A stretch of 64,000 bases of DNA from an uncultured virus (IMG/VR IMGVR_UViG_3300025141_012307) (lineage: Duplodnaviria > Heunggongvirae > Uroviricota > Caudoviricetes): IMG/VR virus record IMGVR_UViG_3300025141_012307. One strand, written 5' to 3'. Below, one piece after another: positions 1 to 7,784 of this stretch (its first letter is position 1; each line of letters opens with the position of its first letter). The notes beneath the pieces are model-generated. The model did not search any database. It saw nothing but the letters and a program-made list of their open reading frames with translations, and was not told where the DNA came from. The translations under genes and the position numbers were made by a program.

Positions 1-210
1 GAAAGGAGAAGAAAATGAAAAAGAAAAACACTAAACGAAGATAAGTGTCAGGGTTAAACCCGAACCGATCTGGCAGGAATCATAAAGAGCCAGCGTCCCT
101 ACCTTCAGTAACCATGTACCTTTGAAGAGTTGCGTGTGGAAAACGGTTTGTAGGGTTAGATACAAAACTAACAGGAATCCTCTTCAAAGGGGTGAAAACT
201 CTTCAAATCT

Positions 211-282
211 AGGGACGTAGCTCAGTGGTAGAGCACCGGACTTTTAATCCGATGGTCGTGGGTTCAATCCCCACCGTCCCTA
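211..282 (+). tRNA. tRNA-Lys (anticodon UUU), CCA not encoded
   Basis: Acceptor stem AGGGACG/CGTCCCT, D arm GCTC-AGTGGTA-GAGC, anticodon loop CT-TTT-AA, T arm GTGGG-TTCAATC-CCCAC. Confidence 0.93.
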
Positions 283-290
283 CAACAATT

Positions 291-367
<77 letters not shown>

Positions 368-377
368 AGGAGTTTCA

Positions 378-977
378 ATGTTGCGAATTTTGGGAAAGTT
401 GCCGAGAGAGTTAGGAGTCGCCGTCAGCGGCGGACCAGACTCCATGGCTATTTTAGATTTTCTCAGCAACAATCACGATGTGACCGCAGTTTATTTCGAC
501 CACGGCACCGACTTCGGGAAGAAATGTAAAAGATTTGTAAAGAACTTTTGCGATAATAGAAATATTCCCTTTGTGATAGGAGTTAATTATAATGATTGTC
601 CTCCGCACAAATCACTCGAAGAGCACTGGCGTGACGAGCGTTACAAGTTCCTACATAGCTTTGATATGCCCATCATCACGGGTCATAACTTAGACGACGT
701 GATAGAGTGGTTTTTGTTCTCTTCGATTCATGGCGCAGGCAAGGTAATGCCCTACAACAACAAAAACGTCATTCGACCATTTATCTCTACCTCTAAACGC
801 TCGCTGGAAGCTTGGTGTTATAGAAAAGAAGTTCCATATTTGGTTGACCCCGGAAACGCAGACAGAAAGTTCATGCGCAGCATTATCCGGCATGACATTA
901 TGCCTCACGCACGGCTCGTAAATCCGGGGATCGAAAAGACATTTAAAAAACTCGTGGAAAAGGAATATAATAACTAA
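378..977 (+). CDS. tilS: tRNA(Ile)-lysidine synthetase, compact catalytic-domain-only form
   Basis: PP-loop SGGPDS, DHG, RDERY, TGHNLDD, RPF, D-x-x-N...RSIIRH motifs. The start is set at ATG 378 after AAGGAG because the track start at 333 lies inside tRNA-Arg. Confidence 0.9.
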   Translation: MLRILGKLPRELGVAVSGGPDSMAILDFLSNNHDVTAVYFDHGTDFGKKCKRFVKNFCDNRNIPFVIGVNYNDCPPHKSLEEHWRDERYKFLHSFDMPIITGHNLDDVIEWFLFSSIHGAGKVMPYNNKNVIRPFISTSKRSLEAWCYRKEVPYLVDPGNADRKFMRSIIRHDIMPHARLVNPGIEKTFKKLVEKEYNN

Positions 978-987
978 GAAAGGATAT

Positions 988-1064
988 AGGGGATTAGCTC
1001 AATTGGTCAGAGCACTCGACTCATAATCGATAGGTTCAGGGTTCAAGTCCCTGATCCCCTACCA
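988..1064 (+). tRNA. tRNA with CAU anticodon, most likely tRNA-Ile2 (lysidine-modified, reads AUA)
   Basis: AGGGGAT/ATCCCCT acceptor, anticodon arm CGA-CTCATAA-TCG as in bacterial Ile2 tRNAs, no initiator GGG/CCC anticodon stem, A73, CCA; lies 10 nt after the tilS stop. Confidence 0.88.
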
Positions 1065-1067
1065 AAA

Positions 1068-1142
1068 GCCGCTTTAGCTCAGGGGTAGAGCAGCAGTTTT
1101 GTAAACTGCCGGTCATCTGTTCGAATCAGATAAGCGGCTCCA
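1068..1142 (+). tRNA. tRNA-Thr (anticodon UGU)
   Basis: GCCGCTT/AAGCGGC acceptor, GCAGT-TTTGTAA-ACTGC anticodon arm, CCA. Confidence 0.93.
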
Positions 1143-1143
1143 T

Positions 1144-1219
1144 GCGGGCATAACTCAGTTGGTAGAGTGTCAGTTTTCCAAACTGAATGTCGTCGGTTCG
1201 AACCCGACTGTCCGCTCCA
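1144..1219 (+). tRNA. tRNA-Gly (anticodon UCC)
   Basis: GCGGGCA/TGTCCGC acceptor, TCAGT-TTTCCAA-ACTGA anticodon arm, U73, CCA. Confidence 0.94.
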
Positions 1220-1220
1220 G

Positions 1221-1308
1221 GGAAGAGTGTCCGAGTGGTCGATGGTGAGGCACTAGAAATGCCTTGTACAGCGATGTACCGTGGGTTCGAACCCCACCTC
1301 TTCCTCCA
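1221..1308 (+). tRNA. tRNA-Ser (anticodon AGA), class II with long variable arm
   Basis: GGAAGAG/CTCTTCC acceptor, anticodon arm AGGCA-CTAGAAA-TGCCT, variable arm GTACA-GCGA-TGTAC, T arm GTGGG-TTCGAAC-CCCAC, CCA. Confidence 0.88.
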
Positions 1309-1318
1309 AGAATAAAGG

Positions 1319-1339
1319 GCTCCCTTCGGGGGGCTTTTT
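1319..1339 (+). terminator. Intrinsic terminator after the tRNA cluster
   Basis: GCTCCC-TTCG-GGGGGC hairpin followed by a T tract. Confidence 0.8.
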
Positions 1340-1599
1340 ATTTATCTTTTTTTGCCCTAAAGATTACGTGGACTCAGAAATTTCCGGGAACAAAAAAAAT
1401 ATATATTAAAGACGTTCTTTTATGAATAAAGAGTCTAATTAAAACGTATAAGGGTCGCTCACTCTACTAACTCAGTGAGCCCTCATAACTACGGTTATGA
1501 AACAGTTTCCTACAAAGAGTTCCAATAGTCGCCGTTTTAGCGGCGATCGTTTATATAAAATGTTATAATACTTTTTATATTTCTCAAGGAGGAAATATT

Positions 1600-2982
1600 A
1601 TGGCTAATGTATTATCCGGTTCAACAATCGGTAAATCTATGCAGGTTAATGTAGATATTCTAGGTGGTATTCAGTACAGCGCCAACACCGGCAGCTTTAA
1701 AGGGTTGCCCACGAAGGCGTCCTTGACGACCGCTGCGGAGCAAAAGCAATATCTTAGTTCTTCGTTCGGTTCAGATACCGGAACAATTATTCAGGCGCTT
1801 AATCACCTGAAAGCTCAATCGAGCGCGGTTGCGCCCGCGGGTTTGACGGGATCGATCCAGCTACGTAATTCAGACGGGACAGGGTTTGAGGCTGTTCCAG
1901 GCCTCCGCGCTATCCACACCGATTTGCACGTCCCCGCTAAACTGAATGTGACTGGTGCCGTAGATATGGCATCTACATTGCAAGTTGATGGTGTCGGTAC
2001 CTTTACGGCTCAGTCGGTTCACAGCGCTGGTGCTACGTTCAACTCGGCTGGTTTGTCTGCTTGTGGTGCCATCGCTGGTGGTACCACCCTGGCTCTAAGT
2101 GACCTTGCTAGTGTCGCCTCCATTTCGATGGATGACGGCTCTACATTGGGACCTGACTCGGTTGCTGATTTGTGGACATTCAGTGCCGCTGGTGACACCA
2201 CGCAGAAAGACGGTGCTTATGACTTTGATATTGCGTCTCACGACGGAACCAACGGTCTTAAGCTTGGTGGGGTTCTGGTTGATGCTTCGGCTGGCGATCT
2301 TAACTACACCAATGTAGCTGCTGCCGGCACGGCTGAAGCCTCTAAGGCTCTTGTCGTGGATGCTAACAAGGATATTGGCACCATTCGCAATCTTACGATT
2401 GATGGTACCTTTAGCGATGGCAACTACACCTTTGACACAAGCGGCAATGTAAGTGGTCTCGGTACAGTTGGTTGTGGTGCTATTACTTCAACTGGTGCTT
2501 CTACGCTTGGAAGCATCTCGTCGGTCGGTGCTGTTACTTCAACTGGTATGATTACAGCCGGCTCAAGCTTCGTCATTGGATCTGCCGATCTAAATGAAGC
2601 CGACATGGAAAAACTTGATGGTATTACTGATGGTACGGCTGCTGCAAACAAGGCTCTTGTCTTGGATGCTAACAAGGATATTGGCACCATTCGCAATCTT
2701 ACGATTGATGGTGTCTTTACCGATGGCAACTACACCTTTGACACAAGCGGCAACGTAAGTGGTCTCGGCGAGGTTGGTTGTGGTGCTATTACTTCAACTG
2801 GTGCTTCTTCGTTCGGAAGCATCTCGTACGTCGGTGATGTTACTGTGCAGGACATAGCCGCCGCGGCCTGGGATGACATTCCATCCTTCCAGATTCAGGG
2901 AACTAATGCTGCTGGGCAAATTGCTAACTTCCGGCTCATGGTTTCTGGTGGTATTCTAAGAGCCGCACAGGGAACTGCATAA
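1600..2982 (+). CDS. Gly/Ser/Thr/Ala-rich repeat protein, probable virion fibre or decoration protein
   Basis: Strong SD AAGGAGG; low-complexity beta-type repeats; internal duplicated module KALVxDANKDIGTIRNLTIDG... Confidence 0.6.
   Translation: MANVLSGSTIGKSMQVNVDILGGIQYSANTGSFKGLPTKASLTTAAEQKQYLSSSFGSDTGTIIQALNHLKAQSSAVAPAGLTGSIQLRNSDGTGFEAVPGLRAIHTDLHVPAKLNVTGAVDMASTLQVDGVGTFTAQSVHSAGATFNSAGLSACGAIAGGTTLALSDLASVASISMDDGSTLGPDSVADLWTFSAAGDTTQKDGAYDFDIASHDGTNGLKLGGVLVDASAGDLNYTNVAAAGTAEASKALVVDANKDIGTIRNLTIDGTFSDGNYTFDTSGNVSGLGTVGCGAITSTGASTLGSISSVGAVTSTGMITAGSSFVIGSADLNEADMEKLDGITDGTAAANKALVLDANKDIGTIRNLTIDGVFTDGNYTFDTSGNVSGLGEVGCGAITSTGASSFGSISYVGDVTVQDIAAAAWDDIPSFQIQGTNAAGQIANFRLMVSGGILRAAQGTA
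2344..2844 (+). repeat. Intragenic near-identical direct repeat, 195 bp x2 (2344-2538 and 2650-2844)
   Basis: Both copies start AAGGCTCTTGTC and end GTTACT; offset 306 bp (102 codons); scattered substitutions. Confidence 0.92.
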
Positions 2983-3007
2983 TCTTAGATAACATAACTG
3001 GTTTTTT

Positions 3008-3037
3008 AAACAGGGGGCTTCGGCTCCCTGTTTTTTT
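3008..3037 (+). terminator. Intrinsic terminator
   Basis: AAACAGGGGGC-TTCG-GCTCCCTGTTT followed by a T tract. Confidence 0.88.
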
Positions 3038-3041
3038 ATAT

Positions 3042-3048
3042 CTATTTA
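3042..3048 (+). promoter_or_regulatory. Putative phage late-promoter motif CTATTTA (representative copy of a recurring NTANTTA motif)
   Basis: Directly after a terminator and 4 nt before an ATG that has no SD; the motif recurs before many genes (see findings). Confidence 0.55.
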
Positions 3049-3052
3049 TAAT

Positions 3053-3676
3053 ATGTCCCGCATAAAACTCAAAAAGCTAACTCTTCAATATGCCTTTCTA
3101 AAATTAGAGAAAGAAGAAGTAGAAGAGGCTTGTTCCGGCCAAGAAAAAGAAATTCAAGAATATATGAGAAAGTATTACCCAGAATACTATGAAGTTTCTC
3201 CAGAGGCTGAGGAGAAGCCCAAACAAGAAGACGCTGAAAATAAAGCAGAGAAGACAGACAATAAAGAGGAAGATATACCCGAGGATTCTGAACCAGAAGA
3301 TATAGAAGAGTTCGAAGAACGAGAGTCAATTCCAAAAAACAAGGATCTTAGGACTCTTTATCGTAAGATTGTATCAAAAACACATCCAGACAAAATAGGA
3401 GATGATAAATATGCTGAAGTATTTAATGCTGCGGCCAGAGCCTATGAAGAAGATAACCTTGCGAAGCTGTTAGAGATAGCCGGCACGCTCAATATAGAAT
3501 TAGTGGAACTATCCCCAGAATCCGTCGCTCTCTTAGAAAATAACATAAAAATGTTAGTCAAAGAAGTACATAATATGAAGCAGTCTACAGCCTGGGCTTG
3601 GGCAAACGCCGAAACCGAGGAACAAAAACAAAAGATTATCAAGTTTTTAATGGATTCAAGGGGAATTAAAAAATGA
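3053..3676 (+). CDS. J-domain (DnaJ-like) containing protein
   Basis: LYRKIVSKTHPDKIGD...FNAAARAYEE: HPD motif in J-domain helix context, preceded by an acidic linker. Confidence 0.7.
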   Translation: MSRIKLKKLTLQYAFLKLEKEEVEEACSGQEKEIQEYMRKYYPEYYEVSPEAEEKPKQEDAENKAEKTDNKEEDIPEDSEPEDIEEFEERESIPKNKDLRTLYRKIVSKTHPDKIGDDKYAEVFNAAARAYEEDNLAKLLEIAGTLNIELVELSPESVALLENNIKMLVKEVHNMKQSTAWAWANAETEEQKQKIIKFLMDSRGIKK

Positions 3677-4032
3677 ACGAACAAAGTAAAAGACAAATAG
3701 CAGTTGTAGTTAATGACGATGATCTTCGCCCAATACTGAAGAATATCTTTATTCTTATTGTGAAAAGAAATAACACTCTCAGAGAAGAAGCCCTTAAAGC
3801 GCTCGATAAGGAAATCAACGAAGGCGAACCATCAGATATTATAAAGGCTATGACAGGACTTACAGCCGTGGCGGCACAAATGGCTGTAGAGCTTCAGGAC
3901 GTTGCTGCCCTAGTACACCAAATGAATGATCAAGTGGAAGAGGAAGAACTACTCTCCCCCGATGCAGAGGTCATTGAAGATTTGCCTAATCTGCCGGAAA
4001 ACAGTCTCAGAATTAGTGACCGGAGTGAATAG
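3673..4032 (+). CDS. Hypothetical helical protein
   Basis: ATGA overlap with the upstream gene; its 3' end overlaps the convergent gene. Confidence 0.55.
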   Translation: MNEQSKRQIAVVVNDDDLRPILKNIFILIVKRNNTLREEALKALDKEINEGEPSDIIKAMTGLTAVAAQMAVELQDVAALVHQMNDQVEEEELLSPDAEVIEDLPNLPENSLRISDRSE

Positions 4033-5214
4033 GCGATCGTGCTCGCCACGAACCAACTCTAAAAAAGTATGATGATGTTCAAGTAGGGCAAAGATGAATA
4101 TTTCAAAGCCTCCATCGAGCGCCAATTGATTGACTTCTCTCACGTCTGTGCCAACAATTGTTTGAGATATCTCGTCTGTCATTAGTATTATTACTTTTTG
4201 GTTCCCGCTTTCCCAGCCAAAGGGATACAACCCGTTCATCGACCATTTTAGAGCGTCGATTGATGGTTCGACACCACCGTCAGGAAGCTGACGGATGGAC
4301 TCAAGATATGGAAGAAAATCCACAGCGTCAACGAAGTTTGTGACCATCTCAGAATGACGGGTTAAAGCTGGCTCATATGCCCCAAGGGAATGTCTACCTA
4401 TGACAGCCAGACCAAATCGAAAGTTGCTTGTCAAAGGGTCGTCTAAAAGAGGAGCAATGCCCTCTATCATTGATTCTATCTCGTCATCAAACGATCCGGA
4501 AATATCGATAATAAAGACAATATCCACTCCACGATTATCGAAGCCCTCATCAACTTCACCATCGCAGTCGTTGTCTAAATCATCACAACGCTCAGGTACA
4601 GGCAAAACCTGTCCATCACAAGGCCCGTCAAAACCACCCTCTTGGCAATATCTAACTCCTGCCCTGCATTCGCCAACAGCCATTGTGCCAGCCGGCCCAT
4701 CATAACAAACAATGGCTGTTGTGTTGGCAACTCCTTCGTCAATTGTTCCGTTACAGTTATTGTCTAATCCGTCACACACTTCCTCTTGCGGGCCAACGTG
4801 CCCATCACAGAAAAGGTCTGACTCTTCACATTTCATTACGCCAGGAGTGCAGACGCCCACACCATAATCTGCTCCTTCAACAAACCCGCACAGCATGTGT
4901 TGTTCTGGATATGTTTCGTCTACGGCTCCGTCGCAGTCATTATCTATTCCATCACATTCTTCGCTTGTTGGTGCAACTGCACCATGACACTCTCCCCAAC
5001 CATTAAAAGTACACCTCCTGGTGCCATATGAACATTGTCCCGGAATAGTAGGGAGTTTAGCTGGGTTCATGTTGGCATATATTTCACCAAGATGATTGCA
5101 CACCTGTTCTTGTCCCGGCGTACACTCTAGCGCAATTAACTCATCATCATCTAAACATGCAGAGCAGCTTGCGAGCAAGATCGCGGGCACCAAAAATAAT
5201 AATAAACGTCTCAC
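3949..5214 (-). CDS. Lipoprotein with Cys/Asp-rich (MopE-like, ExCDGxDNDCDGxVDE) repeats and a C-terminal vWA domain
   Basis: Signal peptide with lipobox LLASC; three ExCDxxDNxCxGxxDE repeats; vWA MIDAS DISGS and ILMTDE. Confidence 0.8.
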   Translation of the reverse strand: MRRLLLFLVPAILLASCSACLDDDELIALECTPGQEQVCNHLGEIYANMNPAKLPTIPGQCSYGTRRCTFNGWGECHGAVAPTSEECDGIDNDCDGAVDETYPEQHMLCGFVEGADYGVGVCTPGVMKCEESDLFCDGHVGPQEEVCDGLDNNCNGTIDEGVANTTAIVCYDGPAGTMAVGECRAGVRYCQEGGFDGPCDGQVLPVPERCDDLDNDCDGEVDEGFDNRGVDIVFIIDISGSFDDEIESMIEGIAPLLDDPLTSNFRFGLAVIGRHSLGAYEPALTRHSEMVTNFVDAVDFLPYLESIRQLPDGGVEPSIDALKWSMNGLYPFGWESGNQKVIILMTDEISQTIVGTDVREVNQLALDGGFEIFIFALLEHHHTFLELVRGEHDRLFTPVTNSETVFRQIRQIFNDLCIGGE

Positions 5215-5681
5215 TTCATCGTATCCTCAGCGCAACTTTCAAAAGTCGAATATAATACCATGGTCATGACGGTACTATTGAATACACGAAATCGAATCTT
5301 CTTCAAGGGAAGATCTTCCATATTATACATCGCCGTCAAAACAATTGGAGGCGTATTATCTGATTGGGAAGGGGTTTTAAAAGCTAGAAGGAGTGAGTTC
5401 CCAGGGCCGTTTTGTAAGATCCCAGAAATATAGCCATCTTTTATTACTTCGGGTATTCCGATTTGAGCGGAAGACGTATCACCTGGGAAGGTGGTTATCC
5501 TATCGCTAATATGGATGACCCACTTGCAGTTATTGTTCTGCCCCGGCATATAAAATGTGGATTTTGCCGCAAATACAGTTTGATGTATATTGTTGGCTTT
5601 TGTTTGGTAATAAAGAGCCGCGGCGCAAGAGATAGCAAGTATCCCCAGAAGTATAACTCTTTTTGTAAGGAATTTAGTCAA
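5211..5681 (-). CDS. Hypothetical exported or membrane-anchored protein
   Basis: N-terminal hydrophobic segment; TTG start after a GGAG SD; stop overlaps the next start. Confidence 0.6.
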   Translation of the reverse strand: MTKFLTKRVILLGILAISCAAALYYQTKANNIHQTVFAAKSTFYMPGQNNNCKWVIHISDRITTFPGDTSSAQIGIPEVIKDGYISGILQNGPGNSLLLAFKTPSQSDNTPPIVLTAMYNMEDLPLKKIRFRVFNSTVMTMVLYSTFESCAEDTMK

Positions 5682-5691
5682 GATACTCTCC

Positions 5692-5946
5692 TTACGGGAG
5701 AGGGCTTATCTCAACTACCTTTCCCTTGGGAGATAAAGTAATAAAAGGCATCTTCTTTATCTCTTTAATAAGTATCTCGTTGTTTGGGCTTTTTGTTTTC
5801 TTTTCTATCCAGACAAGAATTTGTGTTTTTTCTTTAATCTGTCCAATGTATGACCACTCGCCTTCGACCTTTTGCCAAATTTGAGGAAAGTCAATACTTT
5901 GGCTTCCAAATATTAAAAGTCCGAACAACATAATGTTGTTTATCAT
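5692..5946 (-). CDS. Small hypothetical exported protein
   Basis: Likely ATG at 5946 after AAAGGA; hydrophobic N-terminus; first gene of the minus-strand operon. Confidence 0.55.
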   Translation of the reverse strand: MINNIMLFGLLIFGSQSIDFPQIWQKVEGEWSYIGQIKEKTQILVWIEKKTKSPNNEILIKEIKKMPFITLSPKGKVVEISPLP

Positions 5947-6027
5947 ATCTTGATCCAATCCTTTCGTGAAATTAATAACCAGATTTACTGTGGATAAATA
6001 GTATCCCTTCACTCTAGTTACTACGAT

Positions 6028-6927
6028 ATGAAGAAAAAAACACCTTTTTACGTCAAGTTTCTTACAATATGGTTACTTTGCCTGACAAGTTGTATGACCG
6101 GTTGTGCCACGATTAACTTTAGTCAAGAGAAAGAAGTAGGGTTGTTGCCGATGCACGCGTTTGTACAAATTCAACAATCTGTGGAGCTTGAAGGTTGTGG
6201 GCAAGATCCTGAAACTAAGGAAAGCAAATGCCAAAAAGCAATAATGCGTTATGTCTCTTCCGGTGCGTATGTTTTTCACAGTGAGGTATCTGAAGGTTTT
6301 TCTTACGCCTTAACGGCCGGTCACTCCTGCCAATCCAGTATTCCAAAGGTTCAAAACATCAACGGATATAAGGTGACGAATAATGGCTCAGTCTTTACGG
6401 CTGTAGGTTTAAATGGTTCACGACATGACGCAGAAGTAGTAAGTATTAATTCTCGCTTCGATCTTTGTTTGTTAAGAGTTTCAGATGTACTAGGGAACCC
6501 TCCTACTCTCAAAATAGCAAAAAAGGTACCTAGGCGAGGAGAGCTTGTTACAAATATGGCTGCACCTCATGGATTATTCTGGCCTGGGACAGTGCTACTG
6601 TTTAAAGGAATTTTCTCAGGGTATCACAGTAGGGGGTATTCTATTTATACAATCCCCACAAAACCCGGATCTAGCGGGTCTCCAATTTTAAATGATAAAA
6701 ATGAACTTATAGGAGTTATTTTTGCTGGCTATTCTATCATCGAGAATGTTGGGCTATCTTCACCGCTTATAGCTATCAGAGTATTTCTTAAAAAGTCAAT
6801 AGTTAAAGGGGAAATGGAACTTTTCGAAAAAAGTAGAAAGTCTTCTGGTACAGATAGACAAACTACAATAGAAAGAAGCTGGATGCAAAAGATGAAAACA
6901 AAACTTAGTGAAGTTTTCGGTCAGTAA
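6028..6927 (+). CDS. Trypsin-like (S1/PA clan) serine protease with signal/lipoprotein leader
   Basis: Catalytic triad motifs LTAGH, DLCLL, PGSSGSP; hydrophobic Cys-containing N-terminus. Confidence 0.85.
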   Translation: MKKKTPFYVKFLTIWLLCLTSCMTGCATINFSQEKEVGLLPMHAFVQIQQSVELEGCGQDPETKESKCQKAIMRYVSSGAYVFHSEVSEGFSYALTAGHSCQSSIPKVQNINGYKVTNNGSVFTAVGLNGSRHDAEVVSINSRFDLCLLRVSDVLGNPPTLKIAKKVPRRGELVTNMAAPHGLFWPGTVLLFKGIFSGYHSRGYSIYTIPTKPGSSGSPILNDKNELIGVIFAGYSIIENVGLSSPLIAIRVFLKKSIVKGEMELFEKSRKSSGTDRQTTIERSWMQKMKTKLSEVFGQ

Positions 6928-6942
6928 AATACTTAAGTAACT

Positions 6943-7425
6943 ATGGCTGAACAAAATTTTCAAAATATTCAAAGGGCACTCGACCAAGCTCCTTCTGTCG
7001 TGGGTGCAGGGTCTGCAAGATTTCCCTTATCCGTTAGTCTGAGCGGCTCACCAGTACCCGTTGGGACAAGCGAGACTTTAATTCACACCTTTCCGGTTAA
7101 TACTAATGCCATGGAAGAATTATATGTGTATGCCTACAATTATTCCACTTCGGATTACAATTTGTCAATGTCATTTGCTACTGATTCCTCAGATGCTTTC
7201 GTAATAAACAATATTATAACGCCGGTATCGTCTATGACTGGGCTTACTTTATGTTATCCAGGGATCCCCCACAAAAGCACAGACATATCTAGCCCTTTAA
7301 AAGTATTTGTCAAAACCAAAGATAACGCTTCGGCTATAAGTGTCCTCGGTTATGTGATCCGATACTACCCTGTTGATAACGGCGGTAATACCCAGGCAAC
7401 GACCTACGGATATAGTACAGAATGA
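6943..7425 (+). CDS. Hypothetical beta-rich, probably virion protein
   Basis: Clean ORF coupled to the next gene; no recognised catalytic motif. Confidence 0.55.
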   Translation: MAEQNFQNIQRALDQAPSVVGAGSARFPLSVSLSGSPVPVGTSETLIHTFPVNTNAMEELYVYAYNYSTSDYNLSMSFATDSSDAFVINNIITPVSSMTGLTLCYPGIPHKSTDISSPLKVFVKTKDNASAISVLGYVIRYYPVDNGGNTQATTYGYSTE

Positions 7426-7775
7426 GAGACCCTATCCCGCGGAGAATGCTGGGGCCGATCACAAAAGAGATGGGCGGGGATCAAGTACCATCCGGTTCTA
7501 GTGGTGGCGGCGGTGGCGGCGTAACAATCACAAACAATATCAACGGCTATATATTAAGGGCTACTGGTGATGCGAATAGGGTAGAGGGTATTCCACAACT
7601 TCAATATGATTCTAGCCGCGCTACCTTGACTGCCAGCGCTGGTATATACATTTCCGGTTCAAATGACCCAGGAGATAACTATTTATATCTACATGGAACT
7701 GATAGTACCGGCGCAAAAAAGCAGTTTAAGATTGAGATAAGCGGGTCTATGTTTAAAGTCATATCTCAAGCCTAG
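7422..7775 (+). CDS. Hypothetical virion fibre-like protein
   Basis: Poly-Gly linker; C-terminus resembles that of ORF 1600-2982. Confidence 0.55.
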   Translation: MRDPIPRRMLGPITKEMGGDQVPSGSSGGGGGGVTITNNINGYILRATGDANRVEGIPQLQYDSSRATLTASAGIYISGSNDPGDNYLYLHGTDSTGAKKQFKIEISGSMFKVISQA

Positions 7776-7784
7776 GAGAAAAAG

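Noticed and set aside
988..1064. Initiator tRNA-fMet
   Set aside because: It lacks the C1:A72 mismatch and the three G-C pairs of the anticodon stem.
2344..2844. Diversity-generating retroelement TR/VR pair
   Set aside because: Mismatches are not adenine-specific, both copies are in frame within one gene, and no reverse transcriptase is visible.
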